The position numbers were made by a program, and so were the translations under genes. The notes beneath the pieces were generated by a model that had not been told where the DNA came from, did not search any database, and saw nothing but the letters and a program-made list of their open reading frames with translations. This document shows positions 1-12,800 of a stretch of DNA of 64,000 bases, in pieces. This DNA comes from Okamejei kenojei (lineage: Eukaryota): positions 19,158,001 to 19,222,000 of the forward strand of contig CM069165.1 of assembly GCA_035221665.1 (NCBI GenBank). Reading direction: 5' to 3'. The stretch's first letter is position 1. Every line of letters begins with the position of its first letter.

Positions 1-1287
1 AGGCCTCGGAGGTTTGTTAGAGAACATTAGTGAACAAACAATGTTCCTTGGGCATCATGAAGCCCAAGGAACACACCAGACAGGTCAGGGATAAAGTTGT
101 GGAGATGTTTAAAGCAGGGTTAGGTTATAAAAAAATATCCCAAGCTTTGAACATCTCACGGAGCACTGTTCAATCCATCATCCGAAAATGGAAAGAGTAT
201 GGCACAACTGCAAACCTACCAAGATGGCCGTCCACCTAAACTGACAGGCCGGGCAAGGAGAGCATTGATCAGAGAAGCAGCCAAGAGGCCCATGGTAACT
301 CTGGAGGAGCTGCAGAGATCCACAGCTCAGATGGGAGAATCTGTCCACAGGACAACTATTTGTCATGCACACCACAAATCGGCCTTTATGGAAGAGTGGC
401 AAGAAGAAAGCCATTGTTGAAACAAAGCCATAAGAAGTCTCATTTGCAGTTTGCCAAAAGCCAAGTGGGGGACACAGCAAACATGTGGAGGAAGGTGCTC
501 TGGTCTGATGAGACCAAAATTGAAGTTTTTGACCTAAATGCAAAACGCTATGTGTGGCAGAAAACTAACACTGCACATCACCCTGAACACACCATCCCTA
601 CTGTGTAACATGGTGGTGGCAGCATCATGCTGTGGGGATGCTTTTCTTCAGCAGGGACAGGGAAGCTGGTCAGAGTTCTTGGGAAGATGGATGGAGCCAA
701 ATACTGGGCAATCTTGGAAGAAAACCTGTTAGAGTCTGCAAAAGACTTGAGACTGGGGCGGAGGTTCACCTTCCAGCAGGACAACGACCCTAAACATACA
801 GCCAGAGCTACAATGGAATGGTTTAGATCAAAGCATATTCATGTGTTAGAATGGTCCAGTCAAAGTCCAGACCGAAATCCAATTGAGAATCTCTGGCAAG
901 ACTTGAAAATTGCTGTTCACAGACGCTCTCCATCCAATCTGACTGAGCTTGAGCTATTTTGCAAAGAAGAATGGGCAAAAATGTCAGTCTCTAGATGTGC
1001 AAAGCTGGTAGAGACATACCTCAAAAGACTTGCAGCTGTAATTGCATCGAAAGGTGGTTCTACAAAGTATTGACTCAGGGGGCTGAATACTTTTGCACGC
1101 CACACTTTTCAGTTTTTTATTTGTAATAAAATTTGGAAACAATGTATAATTTTCCTTCCACTTCCCAATTATGCACCACTTTGTGTTGGTATATCACATA
1201 AAATCCCAATAAAATACATTTACGTTTGTGGTTGTAACGTGACAAAATTTGGAAAAGTTCAAGTATGAATACTTTTGCAAGCCACTG
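1..1287 (+). mobile_element. Tc1/mariner DD34E transposon, Passport-like, IR/DR type; left end outside window
   Basis: Transposase remnant 57-1073. Right end ...GCCACTG is followed by TA (1288-1289). Direct repeats GAATACTTTTGCA(C/A)GCCAC at 1085-1103 and 1267-1285 give the IR/DR structure. Confidence 0.93.
57..1073 (+). pseudogene. Tc1-family transposase pseudogene (2 frameshifts, 1 nonsense codon)
   Basis: MKPKEHTRQVRDKVV... paired-like HTH, GRPP, WSDE, QQDND...PIENLW with 34 residues between D and E. Frameshifts near 224 and 380; TAA at 606-608. Confidence 0.93.
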
Positions 1288-1841
1288 TATCTGCCAATTT
1301 CCTGGTGCCCATGTGAAAATGCTCTATACTCTGATAATTGTTGCACCTTGTATGTGTATGCTGAGACCAGATGACACTCGTAATGCAAGGACTTCTGCTC
1401 TACCCATATGTAATCTACTGGCTTCTCAACAGGCCCATGCAGTACCCACATGGCCAGGCATTAACCCGTTCACTTCCAATATTTTTTTCCATGTATACTC
1501 TGTCCTGAGTATACTCTGGGGTGGCACTGAACAGATTAAAAGAGAGGACACAGTGCCATTACTATCTCTGCAGAAGTGATCCCTGATTACACTGGAATCG
1601 TATCTCATGCAAAATTGTCTTATGTTCCTCTCCATTGCTGGTGGATGTTTTTCTACATCCTATTAATGTATCTCATTTGTAGTTTAGGGTGAGAGTTGAC
1701 TTACCAATCTTTCAAATGCATCAAGCCCCACTATCAGCAACAATATCAACTACCTCTTGCACCTTATAAATTCTCTAAGGACTACAAGGATAATGAATGT
1801 CAACCATGATTGGGGCATCACAGGTATCACCAGTCTGGTGG

Positions 1842-1984
1842 TGGGGGTGGAAGATTGCAACCTTCACGTGGTCCGCCCTGTTTCGACTAATGCAATCAAC
1901 TAGACGTGCACAAACGGAAGATCAAATAGAACAAGTTGTCCTACAACTTTAGGCTGTGCACACCACACGAAAGAAGAAGAAGAG
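1842..1984 (+). mobile_element. ~140-bp SINE-like non-autonomous retroposon, copy 1 (5' HDV-like ribozyme, (AAG)n tail)
   Basis: TSD GTCTGGTGG at 1833-1841 and 1985-1993; six substitutions relative to the copy at 63221. Confidence 0.88.
1844..1897 (+). ncRNA. Predicted minimal HDV-like self-cleaving ribozyme
   Basis: P1 GGGGTGG/CCGCCCT with G1-U wobble; P2 GATTGCA/TGCAATC; P3 ACC/GGT; L3 TTCACGT; P1.1 G1880; mini-P4 T-TTCG-A; J4/2 CTAA (putative catalytic C1887). Confidence 0.8.
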
Positions 1985-2039
1985 GTCTGGTGGCTCATGA
2001 AATAGGGAGCTAAATAACTAATGAAACTGTAAAGATGAT

Positions 2040-2410
2040 TGAAGAGAAATAGATCAAGGAGTGAATGATGAGAAGAAAGAGAGGGAACAAAGACTGAAAA
2101 AAATGATAGTGGGGAGCTAGGAATGATAAAGAGTGGGTTGAGGAGAGAAAGAAAAAAGAGAGAAAGAGTTGAGTGAGGGGCTGAATAAAAATAAGTATGA
2201 TGGAGAGTGTATTGAGAAACGAGGAAGGAAGGGAAGGTGTGGGGAGGAGAAACAGTGAAGTGAAGGAGAGAATGAGATATAGTGCAGTGCACTGTGGAAA
2301 GAAGAGGGCAAGGAAAGAGGTTGGTATGGAGAGAGGGAGTGACTGAGAAAAAGGGAGTGGGAGAAAGAAAGAGAAAGCAAAAGAAAGGGGCTGTGAAAGC
2401 GAGAGAATGG
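2040..2410. repeat. Low-complexity purine-rich (GA) tract
   Basis: Strongly A/G-biased on the + strand; produces spurious F/S/L-rich minus-strand ORFs. Confidence 0.85.
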
Positions 2411-2467
2411 CATGAGTGTGGCTGATTGTCTGGGTTCTTTCTTTTCAATTTTAGAGTTAGATATAGG

Positions 2468-2610
2468 TCTTTGGGCTAACAGAATCAAGGGATATGAGGA
2501 GAAAGCAGGAAAGGGGTACTAATTTTGGATGATCAGCCATGATCATATTGAATGGCGATGCTGTCTCGAAGGGCTGAATGGCCTACTCCTGCACCTATTT
2601 TCTATGTTTC
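2468..2610 (+). mobile_element. CR1/HER1-like LINE 3' tail fragment
   Basis: gatcagccatgatcatattgaatggcg...ctcctgcacctattttctatg, shared with 8150-8305 and 37110-37262. Confidence 0.8.
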
Positions 2611-3346
2611 CGGTAATGAAATCAACAGCAGCTTCAAAAACGGCTGTACATCTCGCCAATGAGGGAAGATCTCGCACTCTAGCCAAGGATATGTCACCTA
2701 TCCATGTTCACCAGGGATGCTGCCTGACGCACTGAGTTACTCTTACTGTCTTCATCGGTGCCAAAAAGTAGTAACACTTGTATACTGCCTGGATGAGGGC
2801 TGCTACATGATTTTACCAGGGTGTATGCAAAACAAACCATTTCACTGTATCTAGGTACATGTGACAATAAAGTGTAATTGAATGTCCATAAGCAATGAAT
2901 TATCACTTCCCCCGAATCTGATGTTTTTTCCATTAGCAATTACCAACATCAAAACAAATAAAGGGTTCAAGCTAAGATATTGGCTTGTAGCTTGTAGCTG
3001 CAAAATTGGACGTGTGCAGGGTTACTGCATAATTGGCATTACTATATGCTGCCACTTATTAGTTGTGCCATGTATACACAAGATGAGTAGTCACTATATC
3101 ATAATGTAAAATATATTAATTTTACTATAAATTCCATCTTTATTCCCATCTATTGTAATCTCTCACATGGAGTGAGGACCTAAAAGTCACAATACATACC
3201 AATAAATTTGCACATAAAATCACTTGGAATTAAAATATTGGTCATAAGCATTTACATTCAACTATTTACTATTCTGTACGGTGTCCATGGAGATTTGCAA
3301 TTGAAATTGCCTTAGCCCAATGGCCCACATTTCGTCTCACTCTTAC

Positions 3347-3382
3347 CCTTTCTCCTTTTGGTCCTGCTGGCCCTGGTACACC
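3347..3382 (-). CDS. COL13A1: Exon, 36 nt, [12 protein letters not shown]
   Basis: ctatgtag|GGT...AGG|gtaaga. Confidence 0.92.
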
Positions 3383-6300
3383 CTACATAGAAATGAATAT
3401 ATTTATATATTTCAGAACAACACACTACCCTCACCTGTTTTCTAGCAACAATGCCATTAACAAAAAAAGGCCTAGCATTAGAGCGGAAGGGTGCTTAGAT
3501 CATTCAGAGAATAGTACATGAACCAGTTGCTCAGCCTAAAGAAAATTAAGTAGCGCACTCTTAGTAGGACTGGGGCATTTCTGTTGGTGAAATAAGCCTG
3601 GGTTTTACCAATGAAATGAATAGGATCTGTACAACATATAAGACGAGACAGTGCCTTGAATTAATCTGCCCACCAATTTTATGTGTCTCCTCTTGTGTCT
3701 CCTATGTGGCCAAACAGGTGAATTTAGAAATGGTGAACCAAGAGACTTAACACTGCCATTTTGTGGCTCTGTTCTAAATCAAGATTGCAATACAATCAAG
3801 TACATTGCTTCTTAGGACGGGAAAGTGAATGAACAGAAAATATAGACATTAGGATAAAATCCTTGGCAGTTTACATGGAATTTATGTAGATGCAAATTTA
3901 TTCTGCATGGCCCTCCTTTGTTTATCCATGGCAAAAGAAGATTGTTGCCCTGTGTATTGCTGATAACTATATCTGAAGAGCCTTTGGCTCATTGATGCAA
4001 TAAAAAGCTCTGTAATTTTGACAGTACAGGCATACAGGGACATTAATGAGCTTACTCAAATTCTTTTCAGCTCTTTAAAATTACCATCTGAAATAAAAAT
4101 CGAAATGTTGGATATATCGAACAGGTCAGGCAGTAACTGAGGAAAGAGTTCCAATGTGGAAGATTAACTCCGTTTCTCTTTCCACTGATGCTGCCTGATC
4201 TACGATGTGTTTCCAGGATTTTTCCCTTTAGATTTTAGATCTTCGTTATCTGCAATTTTTGTTGGTTTTTATTTACTATGGGATTAACATCTTTCTTACT
4301 GTATTGATTAATGTGAGAAAATGCACATAAACTACGGTTGAGGACATGTCACCATGTCACACAGTGTAGGCTGGAAATCTGTCTTGGTCATTAAATATAA
4401 ATGGCAATATAAATGCATTATAAATTACTTCAGTAATTTTTCTACTGACATTCTGAGGCAAAGTACAAACACCTGCTACTTTATATACAGATTAGCATAC
4501 ATGACAAATAAATATATCTACTCCAGTGGGATAATGGACAGATATTCTTTTGTTGAGGTGTCCAAGGGATGAGGGAGGCGTTTGATTCCAATGCAAAATT
4601 ACTAGAGAACATCTAGCACTGGAGCAACCTACATATTGAACTGATAACATGACAAAAAGGGATCAAGTTCCGTCTCCACTATGGAAGGTTGAAAAAAATC
4701 TGCTGCATTTAGCTCGGGTCCAATTCTGCAGTAACAGACTAATAAAAATTGGCATATTCTCCTACGTTTTGCAGTGATCCCTGCAGGAATAGGCTGGTGA
4801 TGTTCCTTTAAAAATCTCAAGAGCCTTCAAGAAGGCAGGGGAACATAAGACATAACAGCCTCATACGACACTGATTTATTTTCCAATATTAAAAAACACT
4901 GAATAGTTATGTTTAAGTCTGTGCATTTCTTATTTTATTGAAAAACTAAATGATATCCTTTGTTAAAATCTAGTAATCCTGAGCAAGGGAAGAACCAGCT
5001 AAACAGAGAGCATGTATCTGTATTTTCAAATGGGCTGCCAAAGAAATGAATCTAATTGAAATCCAGTCTCACTAATGATCCTCTAGATTCAAGCATGGTT
5101 ATGAAGGTACCTATACCCTGCAGAAGGGTTCGGCACTTCCAGGTAGTAGAGCTAGCACTTCATGGGCATGGTTCCTGCTGGTGGAGACATGATTTTGACG
5201 AGTTCCACTGAGTAATGAATGTATGAATAGAAAAGTGTATTTTGTGGTGAATATCAGTATTCCAGAGCATTGTGGATCATCAACAAGAACAGTCCTGTTC
5301 TTGAGGGAAATACTAGTCAATGGGAGGTGGGATGTCTCTTGCTCTTAATTTTCGGAACTCTGTACCTAGTGGTTGGATCAAGTAGTTGGTCACATCCAAG
5401 GGATTTTCTCAAGTTAGTCTTCACTTTTTGCAAAGTTTACCTTCGAGGAGCCATTCTCTCTTAGGGTGTTCCGAACAATTTGTCTAAACCAATTAACATC
5501 TATGCTAACTGGCTTAAATAGATGGGATGTTAACAATACATTAACTTATCAAAGACAGTACAGGCCACAGTGTGGAATCACAGTAGCTCAGCCTAGCAAT
5601 GGGGTTTCATAAATTACACTAGAGAATATAGATTGGGAGTGAAATTTGGTATGGGTAATGATACAAAATAAGTAATGAGTACTTTGCCCTCTCTAGTCGA
5701 CCAAAATTGAATTTTATCGCAATGATTTAGGAATCTGTGCAACAAATATTGCAACATGGATATGTGTTACACTTTAATTTGAAGTGTCCACTTTGGTCAG
5801 TATAACTCAGTAAGATCATAGGCCCAAGTTACACATCAACATTAAATGCTTCAGACCTACTAAGACAGGATAGATTTACTGTAAACCACAGATTGCTTTG
5901 GTATATGTAAATGTAGGACAATTGCTAGAACCAAAATTGTATCCCGCTCAACAAAACTAATTTTGTTTAAAAGCACTTTAATTCTTTATTTCCTACATTT
6001 GTTAATTTACCAGAATTACAACACTGTGGCTGCAATATTTGTAGCCATTGAACAGTCACGTTACTTAAGCATTTCCTAATCCGAATGGGAAACCAAAATG
6101 TTAATTAAGCATTCGCATGCACTGGCATATATCTCATGCTTCATTGACAATGGTAATGATTCACTGTACAGGCATGGATTCCAGCGATGTTAAATTCACA
6201 ATGCAGTCCAACAGCAGTGTAGCAGGCACGAACTATCTAGGAGAATGGACATACAGAACTCACCAGTGGTCCAGGCTGTCCATCTAAGCCAGAAGCACCC

Positions 6301-6820
6301 TGGACGGTGTATGAAGTGTTAAAAGTGGAAAGAACAGTGGGGAAGAAATGAATGTAGCAGTGAAAAGGGACATGTGCTGGCATAACTCAATGAAAGGTGA
6401 TGACATCATGTTGAAAGGGATGAAGACTTGACATATCTATCAGCACACGTGAAAGCTTTTGGAAACACAAACAATTTAGCTGAATATTTCAGGCTTATGA
6501 ATTTGCTTTAATATTTTGATAGTGAATTGGCGATTGAAACATCATTATGGTTACCAGGAGTTACCCGTGTAATAATTTTACAGAACAGGTAACCAGCACA
6601 GGAACTAGCTGAAAATACTGAATGCCAAATCTTCACAATTAGCAAAGAGTGAATATGACCAGTACCTCGTGTGATTGAAAGTGAATTATGATACATGTAC
6701 ACTGGATCAATAATGAATTATGGCAATGTTGGTGATAATGCACTGTTTTCTATCCATTGCACAACGGATAATGAATTATCTAATGCAGAAGGAGGGACGC
6801 TATTTCAACATTAGACTTCA

Positions 6821-6871
<51 letters not shown>

Positions 6872-9800
6872 GCTTTCAATACCTAGTATATTCTCATGTT
6901 TCTGTGATTTTGCATTTGTTTTTTCATCTGCCTAATCTTTAAATTCTGTTGATCATCCAGAACTAAGGAAGGGCTTCCCTATAGTTATTGATGTTATAAA
7001 TAGATTGTGTAGAATGGCTCTGTTTTCTCTGGCAGGTTTGTGATCTCACTCAGAGGGCTTAACAAATTGGATACTGTGTTTTTCTCTTGGATGGTGAATC
7101 TCAAAACGCTGTTCCCAGGACAAGGGTTCTGCCTCTTAATTGGGATATGGAGATGTCACTTTACTCAGGCTTTGAGTGCTCAATACTTTCAAGAGCCAGT
7201 TCAATAGCTTTTTGAACAAGAATGGAATTGGCAAATATGGTGACATTTGACTGGAATGTACAGTTATGGTAGAAGAGACTGTAACTTCAAATCAGTTCTG
7301 AGAAGCCTTGATGAATGGGCTAATTCTGTTCATTTATGAGTATTACCCATCAGGACACCATGAGTGATTAAAGATTGTTATTACATTTTGAAAACTTTCA
7401 TTTAAAAAAAATATATATAATGATAATCAAGATAAGTATTATAATACTAAATGTTCCAGGATTTCATGTCCCGTGCCTTGATTTGTCCTTGCGAATAATT
7501 TTGGAATGCAAAAATACTGAATTGTGTTTTGATGAAATAAATTTCAGCTGCAGGGCTGAAGAGAAGATGGATGTTGCAGGTCTAAAAGCTATGACTTTGC
7601 TCTTGATAATCGTGACCCTTCTCAGTATCAAACTTGGCCCATGTGCCATGTTTGTGTTGATTTATGCTGCGGATGCTGATTCAGAAAGATTAGGCCTCTG
7701 CTTAATTTTCAGCCCAGAATTTTTCTCAAAAAGGTCAGAAATAAATCTCTGGATGTGAGACATAGCTGGTGCTTACTTTCGTTTCGTTTTAATTTAGTTT
7801 AGAGATGCAGCGCGGAAACAGGCCCTTAGGCCCACCTGGTCTGCGCTGATTAGCAATCCCCGCACATTAACACTATCCTACACACTAGGGACAATTTTTA
7901 CATTTACCAAGCCAATTCTTATAGAAACATATAAAATTATAAAATGACTGGACAAGCTAGATGCAGGAAAAATGTTCCCAATGTTGGGTGAGTCCAGAAC
8001 CAGGGGCCATAGTCTTAGAATAAAGGGGAGGTCATTTAAGACTGAGGTGAGAAAAAACTTTTTTACCCAGAGAGTTGTGAATTTATGGAATTCCCTGCCA
8101 CAGAGGGCAGTGGAGGGCAAATCACTGGATGGATTTAAGAGTGAGTTGGATAGAGCTCTAGGGGCTAGTGGTGTCAAGGGATATGGGGAGAAGGCAGGCA
8201 CGAGTTATTGATAGGGGACGATCAGCCATGATCATATTGAATGGCGGTGCTGGCTCGAAGGGCCGAATGGCCTCCTCCTGCACCTATTTTCCATGTCTAT
8301 GTTTCTAATTTACCTACATACCTGAACATCTTTGGAGTGTGGGAGGAAACCAAAGATCTCGGAGCAAACCCACGTAGGTCACAGGAAGAACTTACACACT
8401 TCATACAGATACTATAGCACACATAGTTGGGATCAAACCCGGGTCTCCGGCGCTGCAAGCACTATGGCAGCAACTCTACCGCTGCGCCACCATGCCCCCC
8501 CCCCCCCCCTTCCTCATTCTGCGGCTGTTGCATTGGTTCTCACTTGGTTTTGTTGTCCTTATTTTCACCCCCCCAACATCACTGCCCTTCTCCTCCCCAA
8601 AATTCCCTGGAACTATTTATTTCTTGGAAAGTTAGCCATGCCAATAGCCAACCTATTTTACGTTACGTTTTTCAGTTTTATGGAAAGTGAGGGTTGCAAG
8701 CACTAAAACAATTCATGGCATGTCAAGGAGTGATAGGTTTCTGCAGAATGGAAAGGACCAAGTTGATTTCTCCCCTTCAGAGATTGAATTCAACATGAAG
8801 TTGTAAATTGGGTGGGCAGATGTTCACCTCTGGACCTGCTCACCTGACTGTAGAGGTAAATTTTAAAAAAATCCCTAAACGGATGTGTCTTTTAGTTTTA
8901 AAACAGTAGTCTAACGTGCGGTAACACACAGGTTATGGTTAGATGGTTTCTATAAAATTAGCTGTCTAAAGAATGAAGGTGATTTGTGGACCATGTTAAT
9001 TTCACTCTCATGCCCAGAAATCCCACATTGACAGTATCAGCTAGAAGTACAGATTGATGGCAGTAACAGAATATAGAACTTACAGGCAGTCCCAGGGGAC
9101 CTCGATCACCTCTATCACCTTTGAAACCTTCTGACCCAGGCTCGCCCTACATCAATAAGAAAATTGTGGTGTAATATGTTCACAATGTTATATCTGTATC
9201 ATACATAAGCTAATCCATCCAATTTACACACATAAAGTCACTGCTAAACATTCTAAGGTATAAAAATCTTGGAGGAAACTGTGAAGCCCAAATGCTAATA
9301 TTGCAAAACAATACCAGCTAAAATGTAGAATCTGGACATTTGGCCAGATATCTCTGTTGGCCATAAAATACTGGAGATGTCTTTTAGGTCAAGCAGAAAT
9401 TTTCGAGAGAGACAGTTCATCTTGCAGCTGCAGGATCTTTCCTCAGAATTCTCTCTCCACAGATGCCGCCTGAGCTGCTAATTTTTTTTTTCACATTTCC
9501 AATTTTTTATATAGTTACCATGATGCAATAAACTACAGATCCAATATGTGAGAAATAAGGCATGTTGAAGATTGTTAGCTTGTGTTAGCTTTCATAACGC
9601 AAATTAACCCCTAGCGTTTGAGAACATTATACCATACGTAATCAAAAATATGATGTGTCGTTTCAATTTTCATTTTGTTAATGATATTTAACGTTGATCT
9701 TTCAGAATCAAAAACTTGAAAATCTATGTTAAAATACATAATGGAAGTGAATTTAAAAAAAAACAGAGTTAATTTGGTCAGGACAATGATAGTTTGTGGA

Positions 9801-12800
9801 TTTTAGATTAAAAAATGTACCATCCAGGAGACAACTAGCATTGCCTCAGGCTGAACAACTCATTCCATGAAGTATTTCCCATTCAGACCTTTTCAAAACA
9901 TGTATTGCACATCAAAGATCAAATGTGTTTTCTATTTTTATCAATCAACAAATTTAAACTATTGTATAGAGAGGGAAACTGTTACACTAAAAGTAAGCAG
10001 CAGCAAGTCTCTTTTACCATACGAAGCTCATGATACACTATTCTAAATATATACAATACACAATTGTAAAAGTAGTTCAAGAATAATTAAAATTACCTTT
10101 GTCCCTGAAAAGCCATGCGGACCCTGGGCAGAACAGATTAGAAACCCGGTTTTAAATAAAGAACATTTCATCCAGATTACAATATAACAAGCTCATTTAC
10201 AATTACAACATTTCCAAATTTATCAAAATGACTGGAAGGATAATGGATTTTAGCTACACAGTTAGGTTGTAGGAGTTGGAACAGGGGTTGTTCTCCTTAG
10301 GTGGTAGGTTTGATATGAGATGAAGACAAGCTTGGATAAGCTAGACTAAGAAATATTGCTCCCATTTGCGGACGGCACAAGGACTAGAGTTTACGATTTA
10401 ATGATTTGGGGATGAAATATGCGGGGAATTTGAGGAACTACATTTTTAGGCAGCTGGTGGCAAAAATCTTGGAACCTGCCTATTAGGGTAGTGGAAGTTG
10501 AGGCATGTGAGATTTTCAAAAGGAAATTAGGTTTACACTTGAGGGAAGTAAACTTGGAGGATACGGGGACAGGGCAGGGCAATAGGACTGACTGGATTGA
10601 TCAACTGGGGGTTAGCATTGACACAATGGGCTGAATGGCTTCCTTTGTGTTGTAGTGACAGTGGACTCTCTGACAAATGAACATATTGCTCTTTTCAAGT
10701 CCTGATGCACATAAAGCAACCTGATTATTCTTAAGCATAAAGCACGCCAGATATGCTATCAACGTATGGTCTCGATGTGTATGATATACAAGTTTTTTAT
10801 TCAAAGATAGCTGTTTCAAATATAATTAATTGCCCTGGAATTATGAGATATGAAAAGACTTTATAAAAATCAAGGGTCTTTCATTAGGCATAAGGAATTA
10901 CAGTGCTATTAAAGGATATAGTTTAATTTCAAATTTACGCCTTGTTAATGGATTTACAATCACCCTCTGCTGATGCAATACCCTTAAAATTAAAATTAAG
11001 CATAACTCTGCGAGCAAACGTATTGAGTATGAGAGGTCATGCTAGCCTCCTCCTCGTCTTTCATCCCAAGTTGAGAAGAATGGAGGATTACCTTTGGACC
11101 AGGGGGGCCCTCAGGCCCAGGTATTCCTGGCGGCCCAATAACCTGCAAAAGGAAGAAACATCTTTCAGTATGTACACTAGGCAAACTTTGCAAAAGGTTC
11201 ATAAAACAGTGGACTGTGCTGTGCAGGTTCTGATTGTGACTTGTAAAATGGATAGTATTTTGCCGATTGAGTGCAAATCCTTTTACATGATGCCACTTAA
11301 CAGACAAAACGATTTCGGGGGATTTAGGCCAAATAAGGGCAAATGGGACAAGCTCTTGGTCAGCATGGATGAGTTGGACCGAAGGGCTGGTTTCCATGTT
11401 GTATGACATTAAATGCAATCATTCGCATATTGGTCATCACTACCCAGAGCTATCTTATGTCTAATTCTTAGATTTAATTGCTTCCAAAATCTGATTTTGC
11501 AGGATGAAAAATGTTTTATGTTTTTTTTTACAATTTGCCTCAAGTTTCATCTGAAATTGCCCTTTCCGATGATCTGGATTGCATTGCCTGAAGCTTCTAT
11601 GGTCATTTTCAGAAAAGGGTAAATTTGTGAAGAAGATACATTTTCAGGGCTAGCGACTAATAGTAAAGATCTTTCTAAGAGGTGGATTTGCAAATTGGGT
11701 GAATAGCCTCCTTTTGGATGCCCTCTGGTGCAAACTCTAGGCTACTTTGCCAGGAAACGCACAGCTAGCTGTGGGAGTCTATGGCTTATGATGGGCATTG
11801 ATGGTTAACCTATTTCTGGAGATGCGGTTGAAAAGATTAATGAAGGAAAAACTGCTGATCTATCAAGTGATCATTTTTTTCATGTGCATCTAACCTTGTT
11901 ATCGATTGTGGGAAATTTGTTGGGTTCCGTGATTTTGGTGAGTGCGAAAAAAATAAGGCACTAAAATAGGTTGTGGTAGTATATTTGGTAGTCAATGGCC
12001 ATATAAATTGTATTTAATCATTCATCATCCAGGATCATGGTCAGAACGCAGCTGATAAAATGAATATCTTCTCCTTGGCTTTGGTGGCTCAACCCACAGA
12101 TGGCTAGCAAGAGGGCTGATTTTGCATTAACCTAGATGAAGGAGAAATATACCAACCACTTCCTGTGCAATGGGAAGCCCCTTATTCAAAAATACTTCCT
12201 TTTCACTGGCACAGTCCTTCAATAGAAAATGGAGATGGTGACTGAATACAAATTGTGAATGAAGCTGCGAAATAAGGTGAAGGATTTAAGTGGATAATTT
12301 AATTTATGGCACAGTGGCGCAGCTGGCAGAGTTGCTGCTTCACAGCTCCAGAGACCCAGGTTCGATCCTGCCCTCAGCTGCTGCCTGTGTGGTGTTTGCA
12401 CGTTCTCCCTGTGACTACGTAGGTTTCCTCCGGGTGTTACGGTTGCCTCCCACATCCCAAAGACGTGCGGGTTTGTAGGTCAATTGGTCTCTGTAAATTG
12501 CCCCCAATGTGTAGGGAGTGGATTAAAAAAATGGGATAACATTGAACTCATGTGAACGTGTGATCAATGGTCAGCCTGGACTCGGTGGAGAGAAGCGTAT
12601 GTTTCCATCTCTAAAAACTAAACAAAAACTAGTAAAGGATTCTAAATAAGGCACTGGGATGAAGAGTGGGAATTAAATAGGGCTAGATGTTAAATGGAAG
12701 TGGTTAAATGTAATGGGAACTTAAACGGGATGGAGAGGGAATTAATGGGTAGCCATTTCCTTGGCACCAATATGGTGCTACTCCTCAAGACCACTTTGAC

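Noticed and set aside
1705-1730. GLDAFERL followed by gtaagt, resembling the GLDAPCPL end of COL3
   Set aside because: No in-frame acceptor, no preceding Gly-X-Y and no Cys; several expected exons would have to intervene.
1900-2488. 182-aa and 123-aa hydrophobic ORFs
   Set aside because: Products of a low-complexity purine tract; no domain and non-ATG starts.
5111-5117. Possible 7-nt micro-exon (ctgcag|GGTATAG|gtacct)
   Set aside because: Would break the frame between phase-0 exons.
12308-12380. tRNA gene
   Set aside because: The A and B boxes belong to a SINE head; no complete cloverleaf and it continues into the SINE body.
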